Assembly: GCA_000934665.2 (NCBI GenBank)
Contig: KZ538052.1
Span: 1-64,000 of the forward strand
Direction of reading: 5' to 3'
Length of the DNA: 64,000 nucleotides
Source of the DNA: Catajapyx aquilonaris
Taxonomy: Eukaryota
Part shown: positions 35,701 through 50,700 of the stretch, in pieces
Position numbering within the stretch: the stretch's first letter is position 1
Layout: each line of letters starts with the position of its first letter
The notes under the pieces: generated by a model
What the model saw: the letters and a program-made list of their open reading frames with translations, nothing else
The model's database searches: none
Told to the model about the DNA's origin: nothing
Made by a program: the position numbers and the translations under genes

Positions 35701-38700
35701 TAAACATTCGTCCCATTCGGAAGTTTCGCCTGCACATAGTTTTGCTCTAAAAAGCTTCCTCCCATCCCTCCTTCAAACTCGAGTTCGCAAGGACAACTCA
35801 ATTCCCCACACGCTGTTGTCCTTTTTTCCATTTGCCAAACCGCCAAAAAACTTTCCTTACAACTGGCAACCTTTGCACGAAGTGTATATATTGAGGGAAG
35901 TGCATATTTGTTCCACGTCGTGGTTTTCCTCCTCAGGACGAATTACTGCAATCTGGAATATTGAGCGCCATAGCGCGCTGTTTGTTTTGACAGTAATGTA
36001 TAGCAGTAATATGGTTGTTTTACAGTGTGATCAAAAAAGTGAATGTCCCATGCTGATTAAACCACACGTGGAACCCACAATAGTCGATTCGCAAAATTAT
36101 ACTGTAGAAAGTGTCAACTGCAGAAGTCGTGTTAGTACACCTAAACGATCAAAGTTTTCAGAAACCTACAAAACGAATTATTTGGGCCAAGCCATCAGGT
36201 AGTACTTACCTACTATAGTTGCAAATATGAACACTCCAATTAGGTAGCTCACAATGGTGAAGAGATATCTGAAAATGAAAGATCCAATTACTAAATGATT
36301 TGGCAATTTGGTAAATAATTTGCAATATCATATATCAGCCTCTTATACACAAGCGTTTTTGTTGCTTCCCTCAGAGTAAAAGACACTTCTCTTTTAACTC
36401 TCCCAATAGTCAGCTTCAATGCGCGAAACCGAGAACACTGTTATTGCCGAAAGTTTCGCCGGCGCCCTGTAATCAAACTTTGAAGAGAAATGGATTGTCC
36501 AGTTTTTTCTCTCTCTCCTTTCTCTTTCCGGCTGAAATGCCTTCCAGAATGGCCCGCACTTTGCAGGAAGTGCTCCTGCAGAGACCAAAACTTCACGACG
36601 AATTCTGGGTTTTTTAAAACGACTCTGCCAAGACCAGGAGATCGACCCCCTTAGTTTAAGGCCATTGAATCGCAAAGTTACATTTGGATGCAAATAGTCA
36701 CAAATTCTAGTTGTAAGGTGGCCATTACATGTTTGTGAGGTAAATATGGGGTTCTATGGCTATTGTTGGCTAGAATCACCAATCATATAACGGCCATATT
36801 CTGACACATCTAGGCCTGGTGTCCTAGGCCTAGTTGAGCCGTTACATCATGACCTAGATAATGCATTTGTAGGTAATTATATTCATAAACACCCTGTGCT
36901 TGGTGTTTAAAGAGGTCATGGGCAATGCGTAGTGTGGGAAGGTGGTTGCGCTTGTCAGTTGTGACACAAACTGCATGAGGAGCTATAGGACTTTCCCAGC
37001 GGGATATGGGACAGGCCTTCACACCTCTATTTTGTCAGCTGAAAATTTTCCACTAGGCGCGGTTTTAGGAGTGGATTATATATTATTTAGAGCGTTCCAG
37101 AGTTTTGTTCCAATTTCAGGAAATTATCACAGCTGTTTGTTTCGTGGGTGTAGGACGTATCGATCTAGGTTTGTTCCGAGTCAACATGATAATTATTGAG
37201 CAAACTCAGTGTTTCTAAATTTGACATTAGAATCAGCATCTAGTCGTGGAAAATTCATAGAACGTACTGTAGGCTACAACATTGAAAGAGTTGCGTTGTC
37301 AAAATAAATTACAGTACAGTACACACCGTGCTAGACGTAATACTAATATTATGAGAGCACAGTATTTCAAAAGCTGTGTCTATTCTTGTACTGCCTTTGG
37401 GAAAACGTCGCTGTCTTCGCTACTCACCAATCTTGTGCAAAGCTACAGTTATAGCTTGTATGGCGATTATAGAAAAACAAGCTGTAGGCTACAGTTGAGT
37501 ACTGTACATATTTATGTTGTTTAAGATTGATCTCGATGGTTATTAGTTGAAAGTACGATTTAGTAACCCTCACTCTCAATATGTGATCAGATTTTTCCAC
37601 AACACGACTAAATATGCATCCAGCTTGTGGACACCTGAAGTCATTTGTACTAATGGCCAACCCAACTTGTAACGACCACATTATACAGCCGAATCATTTC
37701 ACCTAATGTTTCTTTATACCTAACCCCCTTTCCCCACAACGAATCGTCCATCTTCCGCCAGCAAAGTGCACTCGTGTAAACCTCACATCCCATGAGACTA
37801 GAAACAAGCCAGTGTCCAGGTTGGGGACATTTGCTTTGTTTGTCGCCTGGGCCATATTGCGGTGGTTTGCCCTGCAAATTGCAGAAAGCTAGTTGTGTGT
37901 CAACCATGTAGATAACACCACACACACACACACAGAAAAGGGAAGGATAACACAACTACAAACTAGCACAGAAACACAGCATGTCCCCAAGTTTTCGAAC
38001 AGATATAAAAAAAATATGTCGCAAATGTCCTCAAAGAAATGTCATTTTTTTGTTTGATTTCTTATAGGCTTGAAGGCTGTTCGAAAACTTGGGTCGTCTC
38101 TGTCGAATACGCTATGAAACAAAATCGCGAAGATGCGGGTATGCGCTGCATGCCGTATGCTTGGGAGATATGGATATGGACAAATACTAAAAAACCAAGC
38201 GATAGACGGGATATCTTGACAGTGGGGGAAATATCCTGACGAACAGCCTCCAAATTGCCAAATATTTTTTGCGAATATTTTGGGGATGATTTGCCTTTTG
38301 TGACAAAGGCAAGTCATCGGCCAACCTGTTCCAAACTTGATGGTCACGACATTGTTTTGTGGTGTGATACTAACCCGCGACTGCTCTTAATGTGAAGAAG
38401 GCGTGATTCGCGCCTAGCTGCTGTAGCATTGTAACTGCCCATCGCTGTATATTTATTACTATGAAAGAAAACATAATGGTCAGGATCTGTCCAATTTTAT
38501 ATAAAAAAACACATATAAAACACATATTACTACAGGGTGTTTGCTAATAAACAAAGGCTATACGTGCAGAAGAGGACAGAAAATGATACACGTTCGCCCC
38601 TAATGTCGACACGGGTCAAAAACCTAATGTAAACGCCCTAATTATTCCGATTAGTGGTGATTGACCTTTGCTTTCGAGGAAGTTGCCCATCTTAATGTTG

Positions 38701-41700
38701 ACTCGTGGCAAATTCCTCCACGCCATTGTTCGGAGGCAGGATATGCCATATCATTGACCTCATTCGAAACTGTTTGCAAATACAATTAGAGCAAATAATT
38801 TGTTCTATAAGAACTGTTTGTGTTACGCAATGGGGGAAGTCCCATTATGTCCATTATTTCACTCGATGTTTATTTCCATGAATTTGTCCAACAATCAACA
38901 TTATTACACTCTCCCACCCATTTGCTCCAGTCTCATTCAAACGCAAGGCGAAACAGATATGACTCCTAGCAACCTGATCTAGCAGCAAATTTCCCAATCT
39001 GGCATTCAATTAGCCTTTCCCTGTTTTTATCACTTCCAATGCACTTTTTCGCTTCCACGTGCTTCACTATTACTCTTATTTCACGGGCTTTTCTCCCTCG
39101 ACACAACTTCCCTTCCCGGATTAGCCGACTCCGGAGCCCCCAAGGCTCCTGAAATAGGCAGCGTAGAGCCTTCCTACGTGACTAAAGACCTGATTCCGTC
39201 CTTATTTCCTGGGATTAAACCCCCCAAATCGGCCCGGGGAAAGACCTTCTGTGACCCTTTTTTTCACTTTCTCTGATTCATCCTATACCATTTGGTAGAA
39301 ATTGACCGGAAAAGGTCTATTTCTATTTAATTAATCAGGCTTGTATCCAGAAAGTTCAAATTTGATTAAAACCGGATTTTAGAGCAGAGACGCCATTTTG
39401 GGAATTGGGCCGGGCCGTTCACCCTGTGAATAGCGCACCAGCGCCATCTACTGTGAATAGCACACCAGTGCCATCTAGTGTGAATATGTGTAACTGTTTG
39501 TACAGAGTGGTCCAAAATGTACTTCGGAGATGTGATTGAGTAGTACAACTAACACACCTGGTCGTAGTTGAATCCCCCACATTAGAGAACATTGGTTCAC
39601 CAGGCCTCACCGCATCATCTGCTCCATCAAAACCGAAGTGACAGACTCCCCACCTGGTAACGATTCCCCTGGTTGGTATTCATTATCTGCCACCGCAGCC
39701 TCCCCGGATTATTCCAAAATGCGGATCCCCTTCGCACTTATACCTTGTAATAATCCTCCTCCAGCGACTTCGGATTTTCCCTGTGTCTGCAGTTATCTCC
39801 TTCTTTCGAAATACCCAACGGACCTGTTTTCTACGATAAGCAATGTTATTCATGACATGTACGGAGTACCCTGGGAATGACGCCAGAATGACGCCGGATC
39901 TGGACAATCCAGGTCGTTGGACCGTGTGCACCTTTCAGATCATATCAGGATCTAAGATCAGTTTTTCAATTCAGATTCTACATGGGGATCCCTATATCGA
40001 TTCTGTTGATATATCCAATGGCGCAGACTCGTGTCGGATTCTTCTGGACCAGAAACAAGTGTTACATTGTCCCCGTGCCCTTGACTCCAGCCAATCTCCA
40101 AGCTTATATGAGCTTGACTTTAAGGCTAATAATTTGGATACGGAGGTCCGTTGATGTTATTGGAGAAAGTGTCCGGGCACTGCCTTCATACCCCCTCTCT
40201 AATCGGGCTCCCCCGGATAAATAGCGTGATCAAATTGAGAAATGGTCCCCGGGGGCGATAGAGAGTCCAGAGCCCGCATTAACCGAGCTGAGTTAATAGA
40301 AGCCAAACAGATCAGGATCGATTCTACCAACCCCGGATAAACATTGCTGCTATACACCCTCGCCGACATGGGACATTCGGGTGGTACGTGACACTAAAGA
40401 AAATTTCGGAACTTGGAAAATCACCGGTTACTTTTCCAGTCGCGTGTGATCCGCAGCAGTCAACTAGTTTATAGCAATGAAACTGATATCTCATCATTCC
40501 CTCAAAAATATTGAAATCGAAGGAACAAACGAAAATCGGCCATCGTCAAAAGGGAAATCGATATTAATCTGTGAAATATCTCATTAAATCGATATTAATC
40601 TGTGAAATATCTCATTAAATCGATATTCATTGATGAAATATCGAATTAAATCGATATTAATCTGTGAAATATCTCATTAAATCGATATTAATCTGTGAAA
40701 TATCTCATTAAATCGATATTAATCTGTGAAATATCTCATTAAATCGATATTCATTGATTAAATATCTCATTAAATCGATATCCATTGATTAAATATCTCA
40801 TTAAATCGATATTCATTGATTAAATATCTCATTAAATCGATATTCATTGATTAAATATCTCATTAAATCGATATTCATTGATTAAATATCTCATTAAATC
40901 GATATTCATTGATTAAGTATCTCATTAAATCGATATTCATTGATTAAATATCTCATGAAATCGATATTCATTGATGAAATATCTCATTAAATCGATATTA
41001 CTCTGAAATATCGGATTTATCGACAGGCCTATTTTCCTGTGTTAATTTTTTAAATACCTAACAGGCTATTCTATTATGTAATTGTATGACCCAGCAGCTG
41101 CTGACACGTAATGACTCTCCACATGCTTTTGATGGTCAAGCCTCCTCCCTAAATCATGGCCGGACAGGAGAAAATCCCTTTTATAAATCCCCTCCAAATT
41201 CTCTTTAACAGGCTCTCCTTAGACCGCACCTGATGCCAATAATCAGTGAACATCACCTAAATCGCATCAATCTGGTTTAGTGTCAGTCCTATTTTTCCGT
41301 CATTGGCAACAAGGCAGTTAAGCTCGAAAACGACCAAATAAAGTTTAGCGACTTTTAAGCGATTCGCGTACACATTAAATCGCCCTCTAAATTGAATCCT
41401 TAATTAGTAGTATATACGAGGGTGTAGAGTTTCAAAATACGAAGGGGAAAAAAATGATCTGAATATAATCCTAGCTTAGTAGGAGTTATAATCCGGATCG
41501 AAAATGACCGGCATAAATCATCGACCGATTTTTAAAGGCGTCAAACCCTCCCCGGGCTATCCAGCAGACAAATCTCCCTTGGCTATAGCCAACCCTGGGC
41601 CACTTAATCAATGTCATTCACCTGGCAAATTTCGCCTCGCGCCGTCATCCAATCCGATTATACGGCCTTCCACGTTTATTAGCCTCCCACCGTGCCTTAT

Positions 41701-44700
41701 ATGCTTCATTTTCTTATTTTTTGGCTATCGTAGGTGGCGACTCCCAACGGAAAGTCCAGTAATTAAAATAGCGTTTAAATGTAGCAGCTACGCGTTTATT
41801 TTGCGACGGTCCTCACTAGCGCCCGGTTGGTCTGGTGGTTAGCGCGCTCGCCTCTATACCCAAAGTTGTAGGTTCGAACCAGCAGGCGGAGGTCAGTGAC
41901 TTTTCTCCGGGTAGAAAAGTGAGAGTGCGCCTTCTTTCGGAGGGGAAGTAAAGCCGTCGGTCCCGTGTGCTTGTGACATTGCGCGAGTGCACGTTAAAGA
42001 TCCTCAGAGTGGCCAAATTTCCAGGAGAAGGACAACCCCCTGGCGTCGGTGTTTAGCCTTAGCAGCAGAAATAGGCCGACGTTAAGCCCCACTGATAACT
42101 ACATGGCAGTGGCATCTGCTGGGTGTAGACCAGGTAAGTAAGTCGTGAAATGGCCGGTCTTGTAAATGGGTTGCCCCTATGTGTATTATTGGACCACGAC
42201 CACGACCTTTCGGGCCCAGAAGGAATGACCTGAGGTCAGACCTAACATATGAAATAATAATTTGTGGGGCATAAAATGACATTAAAAGTATAAGAAGCAT
42301 GAAGAGGCAAAGCGAAGACATGCACAATGAGCCAAATGTCACTTACTGCTTGTCACTCTCAGGAGTAGGAAGGTCCCCGATGGTGGTCAGCGTGAGTGTG
42401 GACCAGTAGAAAGAGCCCAGGTACTTCCTGGTGAGTGTGGGACTCTCGTTGACCGGATTCCGATACACCCACATCCCCCTGAAGTCCTCGGCCTCTGACA
42501 AGAGGTAGTAAAAGCACCCGAACCAGTGGGCCAGAAGCAAGAGGATATGGACAAGGTTCACTACTCGCCACAGGTTAGGGTACACCGTCCGCGATTCCAC
42601 CATGTAGTAGTAGTTGTACACCCGGTACACTTTGAGGAACCGAGGGAACCGTATGATGGGATTAATGCCCACCACAAACTGGAGGAAGTCCAGTGGCAGT
42701 AGACAGGCCATGTCAAGAAAGAAGGGTCTGGATTTCATGTAGTGCCTGGCTAGTTTCTTGCTGTTGTACACCATCAACCCTTGTTCGAGATAACCGGTTC
42801 GTATTTGCACCACTACATCCAACACGAAGATCATATCGCAGAAGGCATCGGCCACGAACCAGAAGGCTTGACACATGGCCTGCAGCTCCGGGAAGCTCTG
42901 CCGGACTATCAGGGTCCACAGGTTGTACAGGACACAACCAGTTAGGACCATCAACCAGTAGAAGTAGAAGTTGCTGTCCGGGTTCACCACGGACCTGTGG
43001 TGCTTCTTCTTTCTCTTCCGAGACTTGGTTAACCCATCGGTGCCCACGCCGCCGTCGCCATCGTCGCCAAAATCCATCGTTTCCTGCAAGTTGACATTCA
43101 TACATATCTGGTCTAATGGCGTGCACGGCAAAAGAGCAGCGATTTTGCAGTAGCATTTAAGGCAAAAGAGCAGCTATTTTGCCAGAGCAGTTATTTTTTC
43201 CTACTCCCTGGTAGGAAGAAATGGGTCTCCATAAGGCTGAGGTAGGAGTTGCATGGAGCCAGGGGCGGATCCAGGGGGGCGGGGGGGGGGGGCGAAGGGG
43301 CGATCGCCCCCCCCCCCCNNNNNNNNNNNNNNNNNNNNNNNNNNNNNNNNNNNNNNNNNNNNNNNNNNNNNNNNNNNNNNNNNNNNNNNNNNNNNNNNNN
43401 NNNNNNNNNNNNNNAATTTTTTACACTCTGTAAGCACATCGGATTGCGAAATTGCCATTTTTCTGTTTCTTGCTTCAGCTTGGGGGGGGTGATGAGGGGG
43501 GGGGGGGGAAAATGGTCTATTGGTTCTTTTCCTTTTTGCCCCAAATTTGTAGGTTGCGACCTTGAACCGAAAAAAATTTCGCCTGCGGCGGGCCCTGCGC
43601 CCCCCCTAGAAAAAGTTGCTGGATCCGCCACTGCGTGGAGCTGATTCCTACATATCTCATTGAGATAACCAATAACAGCAATGCGATATCAACTGGCGCA
43701 TGCACCTATCTGAGGCTATTCACTGCTTATAGCGTACAAAGGCGTCTTAGATGATAAAATCGGAAATGATCAAATGAGAATGGGTTTTCACTTTGCGACA
43801 CTCAAAGTGCAGTTCACGGCAAGCCCCATCCTACTAAGTGGCAGCAATTAAGCAACTATTACCCAGATTTAGCGCTTTTATGACTCCATTAACTGAATCA
43901 CAAGGCTGCTTTAGACGGCTATTGTCGCACCCCTCTCTAGAAAATTCGCAATAATGGGATTTCCGACTAAATACACTTCCAGCAGGTTACCAATTTGTAG
44001 CTCAGCCTTTGTTGTCATCGGTTCAGGATGATTTTGGAAGGGGTTCTAGAGGAAGATTTGTCACATTTTGGAAACTCCCTGAGCCCTGGAATTTTCGTGG
44101 GGATAAATGTCAGTGTGGGTGCAGAGGCAGACGCCACCATCTGTCACCACGGCCAAATCGATCAGGAGAAAGGATTACCCTCAAACAACAGAAGGAAGAG
44201 TGTAGCATTAAAGTCAAGAAAAGATGGGATGGAAGGGCAAAATATATTGGATTCTGCTGTTGCTTGCTGGAGTAGAATTCTTCTGGTATTATTAAAGATG
44301 CGGTGGGAACAGTGGGTCGGAAAGCAATCAGATCGAAAGGTATGTGTCGTCTTTCCTGAGACAATATCATCAGTGTAAACATTCGGAGATGAAATACGAA
44401 ATCTTGCATAATTCCTGCACTAGCTCTAGTATTAAAAATCATGTAAGAAATAATCGGGTTTTAAAATGTTTGACACATTTCAGATCCAGAGGGCACGGAT
44501 TAAACTGCGGATCAAGGCTTGAGACTTTGCAGGATGTTCCATGAGCGAAGACGCCCATTTCTATTACCATAGGGATGAGGGTTGAGACAAAGGGAAACCT
44601 CCAAACTCCCCCCCCCCCTAACCGACCAACCTGCTGCCAGAATCTTTCTAGCAGCTGTGAAAATGCAAAACATCAATTAGGGGGCGCCACCTCTGCTCGT

Positions 44701-47700
44701 CTCGACGTGGCACAAACTTCAATCCCGATGTAAACCCACCTCCAGTACGTGTACATAACGAAATTGGGGTGCCCCCAACGGTTTTCATCCGGGGGTTTGG
44801 AGATGGTCAACACCACTATGCATGCCCAGTCCTATTCCGGCAACGAAAAAGGGACATTAAGGCCTAAAAACAGCCAATAACGGTTAACACGTTAGGTAAT
44901 AGCGGCTATCACGTTAGCCAGGAACTGCTAGTTTGACAATGTTAGCCAGTAACAGATATTTTGATCACGTTGGCTATAGTAACGGCTAGTTTGACGTTAG
45001 CCAGTAACGACTAGTTTGACAGATAGCCAGTAACGGCTATTTTGATCACGTTAGCTAATAGCAGCGATTTTGATCAGTGATTTCAATCTGAGTGCGTCCG
45101 ATCAGCATATTTCCGATAAGATCGGTTCCGGATCAATGGTGTTTGGGTTTTTGGTCCTATGGGAGGGTGGTCCATAACCGGTTCCTGGCTGTCCTACCCA
45201 ACTCATCACCCGCCGAGTGGAAATCGGGCTTCGATCTGGTCATTCCGGCGCCAGACACCCGGACTCTTTCGATTCAATCCATCAAAGACATTTGGAAGGA
45301 ATCCAATTCGGCTGGGCTTTAAAACCGGGTTTCACAACCCTCTCTGGGTCCTATGGACTTGGGCGTATTAAGAGTCTGAAACCTGTGAGACCGGGCCTTA
45401 AGGAAAAGTGGATCAAAATTGATTCAAAATGATCTTGTAACCTGTCAGTGATTTCCACAAGTTCTATACGCGATATGGTTGATGAACCGCTGTCCCCCCA
45501 TCTTTGTCCAGTTTCCGGTCAGCGAGCGTGACCATCCGTCAGACTTGACCGGATATGACAGCACGACCATTTCCTTTTCACTGTAAGGCTGAGTTCGCAA
45601 CTGTACCCTTTTCTTCATTCTTGCAAAAACAAACAAAATAATGGTGATGTCACGCACACTCAAGTTAATTAAACGGAATCTTCAATAGTCCAGAACGAAT
45701 TTGGCGTAATGAACGATAAAGAGCTGTCTCCAAAGCGTACAAATGGCTCCCAAATGGTCACGATAACATGAACTGAGGGTATAGTGATAGATGCATTTGA
45801 TGTGTAAGGTGGGACAGGCTCTGAAAAGTAATGGGCAAGGTGCAATCAGCAGGCATTGTTGGACAAGTATAGTCCTGAAGCCATCAGAATACCAAAATCC
45901 AATCGAGTCGTTAAAGGATTTAATTAAAGGCGTTAAAAGATTTGATTCAATGAGTTAAAAGCTTTGATTCAGTGAGTTAAAATATTTGATTCAATGAGTT
46001 AAAAGATTTGATTCAATGAGTTAAAAGCTTTGATTCAGTGAGTTAAAAGATTTGATTCAAGCCCTTTAAAGGGTTTGACAAAAGACCTTAAATGATTTGA
46101 TTCATGGCGTTAAATGGTTTGATTCAAGCCCTTCAAAACGTTTGATAAAATACCTTCAATAATTTGATCCCACAATCAAGGCCTTGAAGGATTTGACAAA
46201 GAACATTAAAGGGTTTGATGAAGGATTGTACCCCATTAGAGGGGGCAGAGCCCTTTTGGGAGGGGTGGACTACCACAATTTGATTTTCTCGTAATTTTCT
46301 GTTTTCTTCAAACTCCGGTGCAGGGACAATGGGTAAGGATAGGGATTGTTTGGAAGGGAACGTAGGTGCAAGTGCGATACCGACCGATAAATGGGTCATG
46401 TGCTGTTCCCCAGGAGGTTAGGTTGCCAGACACTTCCTTGGTGCAGGCCAGAGACCCTCCCGACGCAGGTGAAAGGGAGCTCCCAGGCGGGGATCGAACC
46501 TGGGACCTTTCACTCAGCAAGCCGAGACGTTATCATCTCGGTCCCCATTGATAAAGGACCTTAAATGATTATTTTGACGAAGGATTTGATAAAGGACCTT
46601 AAAGGATTTGATTCAAAACCTTGAAAGAGTTTAAACCCTTGAAATTTGAACCTTTAAAGCCTGGTAGTACTACTTTGTACCTGTAAAATGAAGCTCATTT
46701 GATTTATTACAGTAATGCAATAGCAAAATTTCGTCAGGTTACCGCACATAACGCTACGGGCTGCTGTACACAAACTCAGAAAATCGCTTTGACAAACTAG
46801 TTCGAGACCTTTTTGTGTGGACTTGTCACCCCTTTTGTGTCAGGCTAGAAAATTCCGGTATAAATCGAATTACAGACTTTTCCCCACCACCACTCAAGTT
46901 CCTTCGCACTTCTCCACAGATGCAGCCTGGGGCCAGGTTTGGAAATAACGAAAGGCCGAAGAAGATTTCATTTTCTGGCTGCGAACTGCCCCAGAGGAGA
47001 TGCTGGGGGAGACGAAAAAAGAATGGGACGAGTCAGCAGCCCTGAGGTTGTCATAAGAATCATTCTGCTAGATAGGCTACCTTCTCTGGCGATTTTCACT
47101 TGTGACGAAACTATGCGAATGTGTGACCTTACCCTAACGAGGTCATCCATCACAGGATGAGAAGATCGGTGTCGTAATCCACGTTGAATTTGACCTCTGC
47201 AGTGGAAAACTGTCGAAGGCAGTGGGTTGACAATTCGCTTTCCAATACACTACGCCAGCAGCATTATTGTAATGTGTTCTGGAGCTTTCAGGCGAGAGAA
47301 ACCATTTTCCGGAGTAGTCAGACACATCTATAGTCGGTTCTATTATTTATACTGTTTCAGATGAGCTGAGGGTTTTTCCTTTTGCTTCATCATCACAGAG
47401 TAGAAAAACAAAAGTGTATTGTCTTTATCATGGCGGTTGGGATCCACCAAACATCAGCTGGTTGGTGAATCTCAACGACAACGACGCCATATGAACCCAT
47501 CATCAACATCAACTATGGTATTACTATACCGACCATCAATCCTAGCTTGACTGCTATAATACTGCTGGACAATGCAAAATTTGTCCCTGAAGTGCACACA
47601 CACATTGTCACCGGGTAATTCCTGGATGGTTAGGTAATCTGGCGACTAATTACGAGTCGATCAATCACTATTCAGAAACGGCAGCCGTGCTACAATTCCA

Positions 47701-50700
47701 ATTAGTCTAGAGTGAGAAGTATGGGTATAATCATCACCAAATTAACAAACACAACCGTTGCTATTTCGCACGCTCGCTTTGTTCCAACAAAGCCCCAATG
47801 TTTGCTATCCACCCAGTAAAAACCGACCTCGTCAACGTTTTCAAAATTTCAAACAAGCATCTAGTCCAAAATGGCACATATTAGCTGATAATCAGCTTTT
47901 TTTTTAGGACAAGCCAGTTTGGGCCATATTGTCACTCCCCGGGAAGCAACGCCATCTGTTGTTCCTAGGGAGGCAACGCCATCTGTCGTTCGGTGTCGAA
48001 AACAGCCGGTGTGGCCCCGAATAAACCGGCTGGGATTGATGTAAAGTTCCCAGTCAATAATCCGGAGGAAACCTACCCACAGAATTAACCGCATTTCCAG
48101 GATTTTGGAGGCAAACTCTAGGTAACGGAGGTGAACTAAAACATTGATGACACTGTTGGAAATGGGATTAAAAGCACCACTGACCGATTCCTAACGCGAC
48201 CCATAAAACCAGTGTTCCATGCAAGTCCAGGGACGCCATAAGCCGGGCTTTGACGGATAGCGTTCACACTCCAGAAAACTTCCTTTATCCACAACACATA
48301 TAGTGTATATACGTAATTTCTCGCGACTAGTTACAGGACGTTCTGTTGAAGTACGCAATGCGGCATGATATGCAGTAAGTGTTGCTGTTGCATTGTTGCT
48401 ACTTGCGGCCATGGGGTCTAAACCGCTTGTTTTTCCACATTGTAGGTACATAAAGGCTGCCAAAAAAAATCGCGAATCGATGCCTGTCATGCCCTGCAGC
48501 TGACGAACAGTGATCGCAAAAAATAGCGGTGGCGATTTAAGATGAATAGCTTGCAACTGCAACTGATGGCCGGTTGAGTTATGCGGCTCAACACGTCCAA
48601 TAAAACTGCTACATAGCATATGCACAACAACAGCTAAGAAGAAATCTGTTCCCCAACCACTATTGACCCAAAAATCCGGCAAATATTTGTCACAGGCAAG
48701 GTCGAGAGAGCAAATTAACCGCTAGCCCTGATTTTGATCTGGTTTGAATTTTTGTGCACGATGCTTGGGGACTACAGGGACGGTAATCGAGTAGTCCGGA
48801 GCTGAAATCGGATTGAAAGAGATCCGTCCATGTGTGTGTGCATGAAGTATGACTGACACAATGAGTGTCATGGCATGCAATTTGCCTTCGTTTGAAATTC
48901 AAATAGAAAATTTTGTCAGTGATCGAATCACGCCTCGCTCGCTCATAATGATACAGTGTAATTTTTTTTACACCCAGATGCTGCAGCATATCAGATCATT
49001 GCTACTGGTATCTGGTATGTGTCCACTGAAAGATTTTAGTTTACACTGTACAAGCACAAAATTCCTGTCATATCGGCACACCAGCATTATTGGACATATC
49101 TGCCAGACTGCCACGATATGTCACATTAAGCCAACCAAGTGCAATGTATACGTGCCTGCTCGGCGATCTGCCTGGTGGAAAATCTTTTGAGGAAAGAGTC
49201 CTCTCTCTTGAGTGGCGTCTTCTTCTGGATGGTCTGGATGGCTCCGGACAACTGGACAGTGGTACGCAGCTTCATCCAGCGCTGGTTGCTCTTTGACCTG
49301 CGAAGAGGAACCAGTTAGTTTGCCTCTTGTTGTCAGGTCATCACATTTCTTTTTGCCCCCCTGCTCCTAGGTTTCTGTCCCCTATGGCTCCCCCAGCGAT
49401 TCTATGTCCGAGATGAGATGAGGAGTGTCCCCTTTTCTATAGTCCCAAGGCGAGTGCGTGTGTCCCCTGCCTATAGGTCATTAACAGGAGGATGACACGC
49501 TAGGTCATCTCTGGCCAGCCTGTTTATACGCTTCAATTTGGTTCCAGGAGAGTATATGAAATGTTACTCCCGGATAGAGCACTTTGCGTCTATTGCATTA
49601 GGGATATAGGCCAGAAATGGGAAGGCTCTCACGCAAGATAGACCTGGATGGAATATGATGGTTGGCAAACGAAATGGCGTCCTTCAAAAACAAATGTTGT
49701 GAATTTCTCCTTAACTTAGTGGAAGCCGCATCAGTCTAGCCCTACAGTTGAATGTAACAATAACCTACTCTCTACAGTAACACGAACTAGAAGGCTGCGA
49801 ATCTAAAAGGCCGCGTTGTAGCTAAATCCCTTGAAGCGACAAATTGTTCTGTCCACGTGCCTTTTTCCCAGGGTTCCATCTGCCGGAGGTTTGCTTATCC
49901 TAGACCTCCAATATCCAGTGGAGGAATCTAGACCGCACCATGGCTGATCTAGCAAGAAGGATTCATTTATGACTTGGGCACGATACTTCCTGAAGTTAAT
50001 CTGTACCAAAAAGGGAAGGTGGTTACGGCTAGGGCTTATTGGCTTCGAGTTTAATCGGCCTCAGGTTGGTCAACCGTGTGTAAACGGGAAGGAGAATAAT
50101 GGACGGCTTAAAGCTAGTCCAACTTTGTATCCAATGAGGCCATCAAAGTGCAAGAGCCGCAGGAGCTTCTGCGACGTGAGGTGGCGTCGCTAGTGTCGCG
50201 CCAAGCCAGAGGGCTCTGTTCGCGACACTAGCGACATCAGTAGAAAAAGTTCTCTGACTGCCACTACCGACACTAGTGTCTCGAAATAAAGTGTCACAAT
50301 GTAAAATGACACCATCTTCAAGATTAAAATGTGGCGGCCTGATAGGATCCAGGATGTAGCATCTGCCTCATAAGAAACTCACGTCAGATGTTCCCAAAAA
50401 ACTAGGGCATTACAGTCACGCTCCGGTGATTCATAGCCACAGGATCCCATCCTCTCATAGATCTCCCAGGAACATGTTGCTGACTGGAAGTCCCGATTAA
50501 TTAAAGATTGTTGAGCCCACAAGTTGCGTTCCAGACGCGTCTAAAGGTGGTTTTACAATAAGTAGGAATTTCCTCCAGCCTTCTTCAGGAAAAGGGTAGG
50601 GATATAATGCGCTGGAAATCGAAGCCGACAGAAGATAAATGAGGCTGTTCCGTCTTTTTCAGCATTACTTAAATCGTCTCCCGATATCGGTAGGATTTTC

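Noticed and set aside
40555..41010. CRISPR-like regular repeat
   Set aside because: There are no unique spacers and no cas genes, and the context is eukaryotic. It is a minisatellite.
41820..41895. tRNA gene (also 16420-16482 and 46480-46547)
   Set aside because: A/B boxes are present but I see no complete cloverleaf, and each continues into a SINE body.
43191..43644. ORFs spanning the N run
   Set aside because: Artefacts of the gap and of a G/C-homopolymer-rich MITE.
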